From the NCBI GenBank assembly GCA_016839365.1, contig JAEOUH010000063.1, positions 1 through 58,217 of the forward strand: a stretch of 58,217 nt of DNA, read 5' to 3'. The notes under the pieces are model-generated. The model was not told where the DNA came from, ran no database searches, and saw nothing but the letters and a program-made list of their open reading frames with translations. Below are positions 46,034-55,319 of the stretch, piece by piece. Both the position numbers and the translations under genes were made by a program. Position 1 is the stretch's first letter. The number at the start of each line of letters is the position of its first letter. The DNA is from Candidatus Hermodarchaeota archaeon (GTDB taxonomy: Archaea > Asgardarchaeota > Hermodarchaeia > Hermodarchaeales > Hermodarchaeaceae).

Positions 46034-46741
46034 TTATTCTGGGTGCTTTGCCTTCTTGGTTCCACGTAACGCGATGGTGATGTTTTCCACTGGAATCTTC
46101 TTCTCCGATTGGTTCAAAGCGATTTCAACAATCCGTTGGAGCCCTGAACAACACGGAACTTCCATCTTCACCATGGTTACACTTTTGATAGAATTGTTTC
46201 GAAAAATCTCGGTGAGTTTCTCTACGTAATACTGTGCATTATCGAACTTTGGGCACCCATACACTAGTACTCGGTCTTGCAAGAATTCCTGCAAAAACTG
46301 GGGATAGGAGAAGGGTACGCAATCGGCTACAACCAACAGGTCGGCATCTTTGAAAAACGGAGCGTTGACTGAAACCAGTCGCAACGCGATCGGCCATTGC
46401 CGCTGCCCAATGGGGACGACCTCTCCACTGAGCTGGGTTGAAGCCGCTACGGTGGATCCATCAACCTTGACATCACAGGACACGCATTCTACTGGTACGT
46501 TTCTAGCGAGGTGTTTTTCCACGGCTTCTTCATCAAAGTCGGGGGCTTCTCTGTGAATGATTTTTAACGCACCTTCAGGGCAGTGGCCTAGACAGGCACC
46601 GAGCCCGTCGCAAAGGTCATCGCGAATCAACTTCGCTTTCCCATCGATGATTTGTAATGCGCCTTCTGCGCAATTTGGAATACACTCGCCACAGCCAGTG
46701 CACTTCTCTTCGTCTATTTCGATGATTTCCCGGTTAGGCAT
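46034..46741 (-). CDS. 4Fe-4S dicluster domain protein
   Basis: CTGCGECIPNC and CDGLGACLGHCP. C-terminal domain with ADC, GCPK, VPCC. Confidence 0.88.
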   Translation of the reverse strand: MPNREIIEIDEEKCTGCGECIPNCAEGALQIIDGKAKLIRDDLCDGLGACLGHCPEGALKIIHREAPDFDEEAVEKHLARNVPVECVSCDVKVDGSTVAASTQLSGEVVPIGQRQWPIALRLVSVNAPFFKDADLLVVADCVPFSYPQFLQEFLQDRVLVYGCPKFDNAQYYVEKLTEIFRNNSIKSVTMVKMEVPCCSGLQRIVEIALNQSEKKIPVENITIALRGTKKAKHPE

Positions 46742-46756
46742 GTTAACACTGTTAAC
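46742..46756. promoter_or_regulatory. TTAAC-N3-GTTAA palindrome at the start of the Fe-S gene
   Basis: GTTAAC-ACT-GTTAAC shares its core with the 43368-43386 site. Confidence 0.35.
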
Positions 46757-46825
46757 TTTCTGGGTTTTTAACCAATTCTCTCTTCTTAATACACTCGATT
46801 AACGGCGTATCCACAGCCGTGGTTG

Positions 46826-46869
46826 AAAAAAAGGAGGGAGGATCCGCCCAACCACAGGGATGAGCGGAT
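46826..46869 (-). terminator. Hairpin plus T tract terminator
   Basis: ATCCGC 46842-46847/GCGGAT 46864-46869, then CCTCCCTCCTTTTTTT on the minus strand. Confidence 0.4.
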
Positions 46870-46898
46870 GGAGTTGGATCGTTTCTTCCATACAGTGG

Positions 46899-48287
46899 TT
46901 ACGCTTTCTTGCGACGGCGGACGAGGAAGACAGCGACCAAGCAGACGACGACGCCAATCAGGATGGCTTCCCATGGGAATCCGGGGATTCCAGGCGGTGC
47001 GGCTTGTCCAATGTTGGAGTAAGCCGTATAGACGGGATCGTGTACAACACGGTATCCGCCAAACTTCGGGAAGGTTATCGCGTACCAGAACGCAATGTTG
47101 TTGAATGCAGTGTCTGCATGATTATAGAGGTCGAGTGGACCATCATACAGACCTTGCAAGGTAGGACTTGCTACAGCGTATGACCAGAGGGCTAGGAAAT
47201 CAGCAGAGAACGGAAATTGCCAGGCCACCAGGAATAAATCAGTTAGTACTGGCGTCATAATCCAGCTGTAAGCAGGATTATCTGAACTTAGTACAGCGTT
47301 GCCATCGGATTCGTTGAGTAGGTCATAGGTGCCACGGACGCCAACCGCGAAGGCACGTTCACGTCCAAGGGCATCAGTAGTGATATTTGCATACCGCCAA
47401 TCTGCTGCAGGAGCAGGTGTAGTAGAGCCAGTATCAGTATAATAGGTCGAACCCCATGCACTGATGAAATGGGCTGCACCTACTGTTACGTTTTCAAGAG
47501 CTTCATGAACATCTTGAATTGGCATTGAAGCACCTAAAGCGTATAAGGCTTGAACTTGGCCAATGGTGTAGAAGGTTTCTGCAGTAATTTCACCTGATGT
47601 GCTGTTAACTTTAACCACATATTCAAAGGTGAGCTCACTAATTTGAACCTCGAAGAAAGGAATCAACAACGTAGCAATGAATCCAACAAGGGAACCTCGA
47701 TCCACAATTCGTGCATAGAGATTTTCGTAAGTAACACCAAACCGGTATTCACCGGGTGTAGTATCGTCCATCGTTATAGCTGAGACGCTTGGAGTTGCCG
47801 TACGATTTCCTCCATCATATCCATATGGGACAATAAACCAGAAGTCTTCATCGGCATCACGCACGTTGTTACCGTGGTGATCACCTGCCCCAGTATCGTT
47901 GAAAGCGAACATGAAGGCGAACACAGCACCTGTGAAGATTTCATGACCTTCAGGGGTCGTGAAGTGCATTCCAAAAAGCTGGTATGGAAAAGTGGAGTGT
48001 GTATCGTTTTCAGCAATGTACACATCACCAAGTGCCAGCAAAGCTGCCTGAAATGCGCCTGTCCCTTCATAGTTAACATGGTGCATGATTAGTTCTACTG
48101 AATTTCCTGTGTCCGTGTCGGTCACATTGAGTTCTTTGGTCCAGCCCCCCGCTTCAGCGAAGGTGTGATCGAAAAGCAACGCTTCGCTTCCTGGAATGTA
48201 AGTTTCAGGAGGCAGAGCCATAGTTGTCAACGGGACAAAAAGGACCGCAAAAGCAAGCGCTAGAGTCACTATTGGAAGGATTTTCAT
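46899..48287 (-). CDS. Secreted surface glycoprotein with IPGF-TM-basic sorting tail
   Basis: Signal peptide, several N-x-S/T sequons, C-terminus PGIPGFPWEAILIGVVVCLVAVFLVRRRKKA. Confidence 0.8.
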   Translation of the reverse strand: MKILPIVTLALAFAVLFVPLTTMALPPETYIPGSEALLFDHTFAEAGGWTKELNVTDTDTGNSVELIMHHVNYEGTGAFQAALLALGDVYIAENDTHSTFPYQLFGMHFTTPEGHEIFTGAVFAFMFAFNDTGAGDHHGNNVRDADEDFWFIVPYGYDGGNRTATPSVSAITMDDTTPGEYRFGVTYENLYARIVDRGSLVGFIATLLIPFFEVQISELTFEYVVKVNSTSGEITAETFYTIGQVQALYALGASMPIQDVHEALENVTVGAAHFISAWGSTYYTDTGSTTPAPAADWRYANITTDALGRERAFAVGVRGTYDLLNESDGNAVLSSDNPAYSWIMTPVLTDLFLVAWQFPFSADFLALWSYAVASPTLQGLYDGPLDLYNHADTAFNNIAFWYAITFPKFGGYRVVHDPVYTAYSNIGQAAPPGIPGFPWEAILIGVVVCLVAVFLVRRRKKA

Positions 48288-48455
48288 TTTCTTTATCAAT
48301 TTAAAGCACACCTTTACCGTTTTCGGCAAGTGTTTGCTCGTTATTTCCCCCTCTCAAATGACGAATTTAAAGAAGCTGATAAGTTTAGTTTTCAATCTAG
48401 ATAACTGCGGTTAACTAACGTATCTGCCATCAAAATACATTAAACACTAGGACAG

Positions 48456-49202
48456 TTAGTTCCGAACGACCCAGCTACGTGTGTACTGCCCGAAGAATCG
48501 GAGAAAACCCGCTTTACGGGACTTAATTAATCCCACAAGAATGTCAAAGGGTAAAATGAGAACTTTTGTGAGAGCACGAACAGCTGCAGGTTGCTGACCA
48601 ATACGGGCACCACTGACATCAACGATTCGAATTTTTAGAATCATTTTGCCTAGAGATTGTCCGCGGTAGCCCTCTAAGAGCGTGAAATACATCCATAAAA
48701 TCGCTAAAACGAAGGCACGTATAAGGACTACGGTCAAATCTGGATATATTATGAACATGTCAATTATCCGAGTTAAAAACAATGGAACAGGAAATCCGCC
48801 TAACCACCAAGCGGGAACTAGTGTGAATGCAGAGGTAAAATCAGCCGCAATAAAAAGGAAAGACAATATCAACAAGACATCAATTAAAAATGCCAAGGTC
48901 CTACGACCAAAAAACAGTCCCGGAATATCTGTTCCGGTGACCTGTGTTCCACTGAGCCGCCCTTCTAGCATTTTCCAAGTCCGATAAAGTTTCAACCCTT
49001 CGTTTGAAATTCGGTATTCTCCATTGACCTGAGTCAGAAAGGGTTCAAGTTTTTGTAAATGGAAATTCAGTTTCCCGCTAGAAATGTTAACGCGGGCTAG
49101 AATCTGGGAATAGGAAATGCCAGGGGTTTGATAGACGGTTTCAAGGATTTGACGACGTAACGGGTGGCCAATGGCCGTTAGAAATTCATCCAAGTCCGTC
49201 AT
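48456..49202 (-). CDS. ArsR-type wHTH fused to an RDD membrane domain
   Basis: 'AIGHPLRRQIL...SSGKLNFHLQKL'. RDD motifs 'RRTLAFLID' and 'YFTLLEG..GQSLGKMILKIRIVD'. Confidence 0.85.
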   Translation of the reverse strand: MTDLDEFLTAIGHPLRRQILETVYQTPGISYSQILARVNISSGKLNFHLQKLEPFLTQVNGEYRISNEGLKLYRTWKMLEGRLSGTQVTGTDIPGLFFGRRTLAFLIDVLLILSFLFIAADFTSAFTLVPAWWLGGFPVPLFLTRIIDMFIIYPDLTVVLIRAFVLAILWMYFTLLEGYRGQSLGKMILKIRIVDVSGARIGQQPAAVRALTKVLILPFDILVGLIKSRKAGFLRFFGQYTRSWVVRN

Positions 49203-49328
49203 TGGTCGCTTTCATCTCTAGCCGGTCATTTCATGGTCATAGTCCTTATACTGCTCTCCTGTAGTGTTGGAGTAGCCACGTTCTTTATTCTCTGAGGAAA
49301 TTGTGCCTTTATACATATCGTCCAAATC

Positions 49329-50723
49329 TTATGCTCCCTCTTCTAAGGCTCGAGTTTTATGGTCATTAGCTTGAATAACACGTAACACCACAATGATTAG
49401 CGCGATTAACACAACTGCTCCGATAAGAACCAAACCCAAAGTCCCTGCAGCTTGCCCAATATTTGAAAACGCAATGTAAATGGGATCGTGTTCTACCCTA
49501 TACCCATTCGATTCAGGAAATGTAACTCCATACCAAAAAGCAGCGGTATTGAACACATTTTCTGCATGGTTATACACATCAAGCGGGCTGTCAAAAATTT
49601 GCTGAAGATGCGAGCTCATGGCATATGCAAAGATGCTGAAGATATTAGCTGAAATGGGCAACTGCCACAGGAGAAGTATAAGGTCGATGGGTTGTGGTGT
49701 GAGAATCCAATTGTAGGCCGGAAGACCGGACTGGATCATCGAAAAGGGTTCCGTACTTTCATTGAGTACATCGTAGGAACCTCGCGTGCTCAATGCGAAT
49801 ACCCGATTGCGTCCTGCGGCATCTGTCGAAATATTGGCAATGGTTTGATCCACTCCGCTGACTGGTGAGGATCCAGTTGTTCGGGTATAATATCTCGTTG
49901 TCAAAATAATGCCCAGGTGAGCCACTCCAATCCCCACATCATCCAAAGCCTCATGAAAGTTGGGTACTGGTATTCCGAGAAACCGAAAGTCGGTTGCTTG
50001 ACCAATCGTGTAGTAGGTCTCGGTTGTAATTTCGCCAGTCTCTGAATCTACTTTGATGTCATAAATGACTGTTAGTTCACTAAAGGTGATCTCAAATAGA
50101 GGGAGAAGGAGTGTCAAGAAAAACTCATTTTCGCTATTTGCTGAAACAAGTCGGCCATATAGATTCCGATATCGAACCCCAAATTGATAATGAGCATCCC
50201 CTAACTGTGTAACAGGAATTGCTTCAACTGTCACTGGGTGTGAAGTGTTTCCTTCATTATAGCCATATGGGATTATGAAAAACCGATTTTCCCCGATGCT
50301 GGGAATCCCATTGTGATCAGTGTCATTGAATCCAAACAAAAAGGCCAGCAGGGAACCTGCAAAGATATCACGTCCCTCTTTTGTGGTGAAATGCAATCCG
50401 AACAATTGGTAGGGTAGTGTCGACTGAGTGCCATTTTCATTCTCAATCACACCTAACGCTAAGAGCATCGCCTGAAACGATCCCTCACCCTCATCGTAAT
50501 TTAAATAACTCGCGATGAACTGTACCGACTCGTTGTTCTCCGATTCAAAGGTGATCGAATCGTTGGTCCAAGCATGTTCCGCAAAGGTATGGCCAAAGAA
50601 ATAACGTTCAACCCCCGGCACCCACTGATCTGGTGGTTGAGCTCCAACCTGAGCGGGAGATATGAAAAACAATAAGCAAAACCCGAATAGGGCCAATGTT
50701 AGCCATTTAGCATACCCTTTCAA
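49329..50723 (-). CDS. Secreted membrane-anchored surface protein, paralog of 46899..48287
   Basis: Shares HTFAE, STxPYQLFGxHFTTxEG, IxPYGY, GEITxETxYTIGQ, AFWY and GYRVxHDPxYxAxSNIGQAA. C-terminal TM segment without IPGF. Confidence 0.8.
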   Translation of the reverse strand: MKGYAKWLTLALFGFCLLFFISPAQVGAQPPDQWVPGVERYFFGHTFAEHAWTNDSITFESENNESVQFIASYLNYDEGEGSFQAMLLALGVIENENGTQSTLPYQLFGLHFTTKEGRDIFAGSLLAFLFGFNDTDHNGIPSIGENRFFIIPYGYNEGNTSHPVTVEAIPVTQLGDAHYQFGVRYRNLYGRLVSANSENEFFLTLLLPLFEITFSELTVIYDIKVDSETGEITTETYYTIGQATDFRFLGIPVPNFHEALDDVGIGVAHLGIILTTRYYTRTTGSSPVSGVDQTIANISTDAAGRNRVFALSTRGSYDVLNESTEPFSMIQSGLPAYNWILTPQPIDLILLLWQLPISANIFSIFAYAMSSHLQQIFDSPLDVYNHAENVFNTAAFWYGVTFPESNGYRVEHDPIYIAFSNIGQAAGTLGLVLIGAVVLIALIIVVLRVIQANDHKTRALEEGA

Positions 50724-50871
50724 CCCAGGACCTCACAACACACAGTTTGCTAGCCTCAATATCTACTCAATGAGTGTATATAAGCAAAATGAAAAGAACA
50801 ACTGTCCTCCTAGACAATCACGATTGACAATCCCGTACAAAAACTAGAACAGGTTCCCTAGGACACCACCA

Positions 50872-50906
50872 AGAAAAGAAGGAAAAAGAGGGCTATCTGC
50901 CCTCTT
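50872..50906 (-). terminator. Hairpin plus T tract terminator after the SPFH gene
   Basis: Perfect 8-bp stem AAGAGGGC-TATCT-GCCCTCTT (50886-50906), then TTTCCTTCTTTTCTT on the minus strand. Confidence 0.6.
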
Positions 50907-50912
50907 GTCTAC

Positions 50913-51905
50913 TTAGATCTCAGAACCACATTCAGCACAGAACTTACCCTTAGCGGGAGCCCCGCATTCTGGGCAAAACTTCTTGGCTTTCACTCGTGCA
51001 TCGACTTCCTGGCGAAGTTGTTTTCCACATTCGCTACAGAACTTGGGGGACTTACCGCCTTTAAGCGGCATTGCAGCGCCGCAGAAGGGGCAGGCGACAT
51101 GGGTGACACCTTGTTCTTCTGGTTTCTGGGATTGGCGCATCATTTCAGCGAGTTGTGGGATGAGGACGATGCCAGCACCAGCTGCAGCTCCTCCGCCACC
51201 GCCTTGACCGAGGGCTTCAGCGCTTCGGCGCATGGTTTCGGCGGTGAGGACTTGGTTGCCGGAGACGCCTTGGACGGCGAAGAAGAGGCGTTCGCGGTAT
51301 TCGGGTGAGGTGTCCATTCCGGCGAAGGCCATGTCGAGGAGTTTGAGGCCGTATTCTTCGAACTTGTCGGAGAGGATGGTTTTAGTTTTCATGCTGGTTT
51401 CGTCAAGACGGGTCATAGCGTTTTGAAGGGTGTAGCCAGCGAGTTCATCCATGGCGAGTTCGACGAATTTGGACCGAATGAAGTCGGTGACGTCTTGAGT
51501 GGTGTAGTTTTCTCCGGCGACAACTTCGTTGACAAAGATTTGAGGGTCCTCCACCTCGAACCAAAATTCTCCATGGAATTGGAGAGGAGCTAGGTCGCGT
51601 GTTTGGCCTTTACCGCCGAATTTACCTTGGAATTTGGTCATATTCAAGAAGATGACTTCGGCGTTGAAGGGGGATTTGTCGAAGCCTGCGATGCGGCGTA
51701 GGATTCCTGTGAGAATCGGAACATTGGCGGTGGTGAGGGTGTGGCGCCCAACGCCCATAACGTCGAGGGATTTACCGTCACGGTAGAAGACGGCGGCTTG
51801 GTTTTCGCGTACTAGGCATTGGCTGCCCCATTTCACTAGGTCATTGGGCCATCGGTAGACGATGTCGTTCTTTCGCATGCTTTTCCATTCGATTATTTCG
51901 GGCAT
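50913..51905 (-). CDS. SPFH/Band-7 domain protein (YdjI-like) with C-terminal zinc ribbons
   Basis: 'GSQCLVRENQAAVFYRDGK', 'GRHTLTTANVPIL', 'SPFNAEVIF'. Gly-rich linker, then four CxxC pairs (CPFC, CSEC, CPEC, CAEC). Confidence 0.88.
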   Translation of the reverse strand: MPEIIEWKSMRKNDIVYRWPNDLVKWGSQCLVRENQAAVFYRDGKSLDVMGVGRHTLTTANVPILTGILRRIAGFDKSPFNAEVIFLNMTKFQGKFGGKGQTRDLAPLQFHGEFWFEVEDPQIFVNEVVAGENYTTQDVTDFIRSKFVELAMDELAGYTLQNAMTRLDETSMKTKTILSDKFEEYGLKLLDMAFAGMDTSPEYRERLFFAVQGVSGNQVLTAETMRRSAEALGQGGGGGAAAGAGIVLIPQLAEMMRQSQKPEEQGVTHVACPFCGAAMPLKGGKSPKFCSECGKQLRQEVDARVKAKKFCPECGAPAKGKFCAECGSEI

Positions 51906-52039
51906 GTTGCTTTCTCCCTCTGGAAATCCAGTTTGGAAGGTACAGAAGGTCTGCGTTGCCATTAGTGCCCAGCCTTTTCAACTTTACGACTTAACTTCTA
52001 ATTATCAGATTTCTACTGAAAATATCAAGGATAATGTAA

Positions 52040-53308
52040 CTAGTTAGAAGGTGTAGTTGATACTTTAGCCTTGAGTGGTGGCAATTCGTCTTCGAGGTAA
52101 GCGTCGAGGTTGTTTTGGCAGCTAATTCGGGAGTTTTGTTGAATGACTTGAATAAGGTGGTTGCGTAGGAGGCTTAGTGGTGTTTCTCCCATTCTGTCTG
52201 CAAAAACAATTTCTACTTTGGCATCAATTAGGAGATGTGCTGTGTTTTTGCCACGTTGTTTGCTCTCCTTTGCGGCTGGATTGGGCATGACTTCCCAAAG
52301 AGCAATCTCCCGTTTGTCGATGTCCATGACCAAGAAGTAAGGTGTAGTTCCAAAATGTGTGCTGGGTTTTGATCCCGGAGTTGCTTCTGCCTGATCAACT
52401 GGAAATGCAACTCGGAATGTGACTGGTTGCACGGGTTCAACGTGAACCAAGAAGCTAAGTATATCTGGGTAAGCCTGCTTTACGCGTGTGGAGATTTCTT
52501 CAGCGAGGAGGTGCGATTGCAGAACTGTTGTTTTTCCAGCAACTTCAAGGTGCATTTCTCCGAAGCAAATTGGTCCTGCTCTTCGTAGCTTAATAGCATG
52601 AACACCGAGGACACCAAGAATAGGTAAAGCGAGCTGTTTGATAGCGTTTATCTTTTCGAGATCTTGTCCGGCATCCATTAGGATGAGTATTGAATCATAT
52701 GCCAATTGAAAACTGCTTCTAAGAATCAACAGGCCAATTGTAAATCCCACAATGGATTCAACCCAAGGTAATCCAACTAATGCAAAGACCAATCCTAGGA
52801 TGACAGCTACGGAGGCTAGAATATCCATTTGGAATTCTTGACCCTTATTATATACTGCATTACTACCAGTTTCTCGACCAATTTTTTTCAGATACCAGGA
52901 CATGACAAAGATGACTGGAATTGTTGCAATTGAAACCACTAATGCTAAATCGATGAAGTTTAGTTCTATTGGAAAGAAGATTCGTTGGATTGCCTGCCAA
53001 AGCACACCTATGCCCGTTACAAAGATAAAGACTGCAACAATCAGGGCTGCTAATGATTCTGCCTTGAAATACCCGTAAGGATATTTTTGATCTGGATCTC
53101 GTTGAGCGAGCCATAATCCAAGAAATACTGTGATAATGGCAATCAGATCTGAGATGGAGTCTATTCCCTTAGCTAAAAGGCCAAGGCTTCCTGAAAGGTA
53201 TGCTATGAGAAACCATGTAATGACTAAGATTAGAACAACAATTGATGCCCTTTTGATGGTTCTACGTCCACGAGCTAAGTTTTCATCAATTGTTGTAGTA
53301 TTGGGCAT
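52040..53308 (-). CDS. Cation diffusion facilitator fused to a NifB/NifX-like domain
   Basis: 'SGSLGLLAKGIDSISD', 'YPYGYFKAE', 'VHVEP'. C-terminal 'HFGTTPYF...NP' FeMo-cofactor-binding-like domain. Confidence 0.88.
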   Translation of the reverse strand: MPNTTTIDENLARGRRTIKRASIVVLILVITWFLIAYLSGSLGLLAKGIDSISDLIAIITVFLGLWLAQRDPDQKYPYGYFKAESLAALIVAVFIFVTGIGVLWQAIQRIFFPIELNFIDLALVVSIATIPVIFVMSWYLKKIGRETGSNAVYNKGQEFQMDILASVAVILGLVFALVGLPWVESIVGFTIGLLILRSSFQLAYDSILILMDAGQDLEKINAIKQLALPILGVLGVHAIKLRRAGPICFGEMHLEVAGKTTVLQSHLLAEEISTRVKQAYPDILSFLVHVEPVQPVTFRVAFPVDQAEATPGSKPSTHFGTTPYFLVMDIDKREIALWEVMPNPAAKESKQRGKNTAHLLIDAKVEIVFADRMGETPLSLLRNHLIQVIQQNSRISCQNNLDAYLEDELPPLKAKVSTTPSN

Positions 53309-53601
53309 CCTGTTTTACCTATGTAACTTTGTTGGTAAAGTCAAGTCTTCTTCCTTTTAAACACGCATTAAGATTCAAATCTGTCAAGGAAAATAAAATT
53401 CATTGATGTTGATTATAAAAAGTTCAACTAAGAACCCCTTCAAAGCGGTTCTACCAGTTGCTCGAAAAGGGGATTTAAAGCTAAGGTGGTCGATCACTCT
53501 GAATCCTTCAAAATCCTCGACGCCTTCAATTGACTTAGTAACAATAAAAAGAGAAAAAGAGGGAAGGAAATTTTTCAAGGGCAAAAGTCACAACCAGTTG
53601 G

Positions 53602-54156
53602 TTAAACGACTTCAATGCCCATGATGACTTGTTCTCGTTCCTTCCACTGGCGGTTCATTTTCGAAACCATTTTTCGAAGATCCTTGATGTGGCCTATGGC
53701 TTCATCGGGATCATCTTCAATCAACATCAGGACATCGTCACAGCGTTGATCAAAGGCTTGGATATTCTCTACAAACCAACTGTCGTAGCGGAGCATATTC
53801 TCTAAATCGTCTTCTTTGATTTTGATGGCGTCAAAGAAGGGACGGTATCCATAATCCGCATGTTCGATTTGGCTGATGAGCTTCTCCGTTCGACTCATAA
53901 CTGAGTCAACCATTCGGTAGGCCTCTTCAATTTCGTTTTCCACGATGGCAGAACGGATATCTTGGATTTTGTCTGCGGATTCGCGTAGACGGTTGATGAT
54001 TTGATCACGAAGAATTCGATCGGCGTTTCGCCGTTCTTCCTTGATCCGGTATCCCCGCCATCCGGGAATTAATTTCATGATTTTTTGTGTTAGAGTGCGT
54101 TCATCATCGACTTTTTCCATAATGGATGGTTTATCATCATCTCCCAAGGAGATCAC
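53602..54156 (-). CDS. Conserved alpha-helical hypothetical protein
   Basis: 'IPGWRGYRIKEERRNADRILR', 'IEHADYGYRPFFDAIKIKEDDL'. All-helical composition. Confidence 0.75.
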   Translation of the reverse strand: MISLGDDDKPSIMEKVDDERTLTQKIMKLIPGWRGYRIKEERRNADRILRDQIINRLRESADKIQDIRSAIVENEIEEAYRMVDSVMSRTEKLISQIEHADYGYRPFFDAIKIKEDDLENMLRYDSWFVENIQAFDQRCDDVLMLIEDDPDEAIGHIKDLRKMVSKMNRQWKEREQVIMGIEVV

Positions 54157-54306
54157 CTCGATGGTCGCTATCTAGGCATTGGGTTGAGACCTTATAAAAT
54201 CTCGCCAGGTTAGTTGAATTTCATTCGAAGCTTAACTGATGCCCAAGCTTTGATGGTCTTCACTATATTGACAACTTAACTAGTTGTACATTTATGTGGT
54301 GGGATT

Positions 54307-55296
54307 TTATTGTGCACGTTCTGCTGCGGTTTTCCGTGATGCATAGAATATCGTCATCAAGGCTAATAGTAATGGAATGATTGTCAATCCAAGACCTGCA
54401 TAGAAGAGATATGCAGGAGTGAGTCCCAGGAGTGGTAATTCAGAATAGCCCAAGTATGTCAGGACAGCACCTGCAATAGTAAGAAGGAACCAAATAAGGG
54501 ACATGCCTATGGTCTTCATTTTGAATCCCGTGGTAGTGGGAATCTGAGTGTAAATTACTCGGCCGTTCGATGCATCAAGGGCTGCCTCGTAGCTTTTGTT
54601 TCCACCAACTGAGAATTTGACATGATAGATGGGCACATGTATGTAGGCTTGGTCGGTGACCTGGAAATTTTCCCGGGTATCATCGATTTTTTCCGTTTCT
54701 CGCTGTATTCTTGCAAAGATCATGTTACGTGTAGCAGTAATTGCCTGTTGTCGTGCATCTTCTTCTGAAATCTTTGAAAATAGCACGTTCCCGGTGTATT
54801 GTTGGACTTCTTCGAAATTAAAGTAGCGTCGTGAACGGGTGGCAATCGGGTAATTGACTATTTCAGGACGCGCTTTGGGTCCAGCATATAGTCGGATTTG
54901 CCGTGTCTGTTCTTGGTGTCCGGATTCAGCGACCCATTCCCAATGGATGCTTGAATAACGTCCGCCAGATTGACCTCGGAATGAGGCTTTTCGGTCAATT
55001 CCCTTGTAGGAAACATCCCCTTGAACGGTCACAGTCCAATAGGGGTAATAGGTCATTGAGAGATCCTGCAATTGGATTTGCAGAGCCAAATCGTCTGTGA
55101 CACCAGGGACTTTCACCAAGTATGCTTTGAGAGTATCGAGTGCCTCACTTTGAGTGTAATTCACTCCAAGTGCAAAATGCTCCTTCATTCTTGAACCTTC
55201 AGGGGTGAATGAAGTGCCACAATAGTTGCAGGTGATAATCGCATCTGTTGGATGGATGTTCAGTCCCGCTCCGCAATTTATACAATGCTTTGCCAT
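54307..55296 (-). CDS. Zn-ribbon membrane protein (YdjG-like), paralog 1
   Basis: CINCGA...CNYCGT, YYPYW, HVPIY, 'ALDASNG', two C-terminal TM segments. Confidence 0.8.
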   Translation of the reverse strand: MAKHCINCGAGLNIHPTDAIITCNYCGTSFTPEGSRMKEHFALGVNYTQSEALDTLKAYLVKVPGVTDDLALQIQLQDLSMTYYPYWTVTVQGDVSYKGIDRKASFRGQSGGRYSSIHWEWVAESGHQEQTRQIRLYAGPKARPEIVNYPIATRSRRYFNFEEVQQYTGNVLFSKISEEDARQQAITATRNMIFARIQRETEKIDDTRENFQVTDQAYIHVPIYHVKFSVGGNKSYEAALDASNGRVIYTQIPTTTGFKMKTIGMSLIWFLLTIAGAVLTYLGYSELPLLGLTPAYLFYAGLGLTIIPLLLALMTIFYASRKTAAERAQ

Positions 55297-55319
55297 TTCT
55301 TTTCACCGTTTTACCTCAT

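Noticed and set aside
53384-53624. Short ORFs on both strands between the CDF and the helical protein gene
   Set aside because: They are low-complexity and span a purine/pyrimidine terminator tract, with no coding signal.
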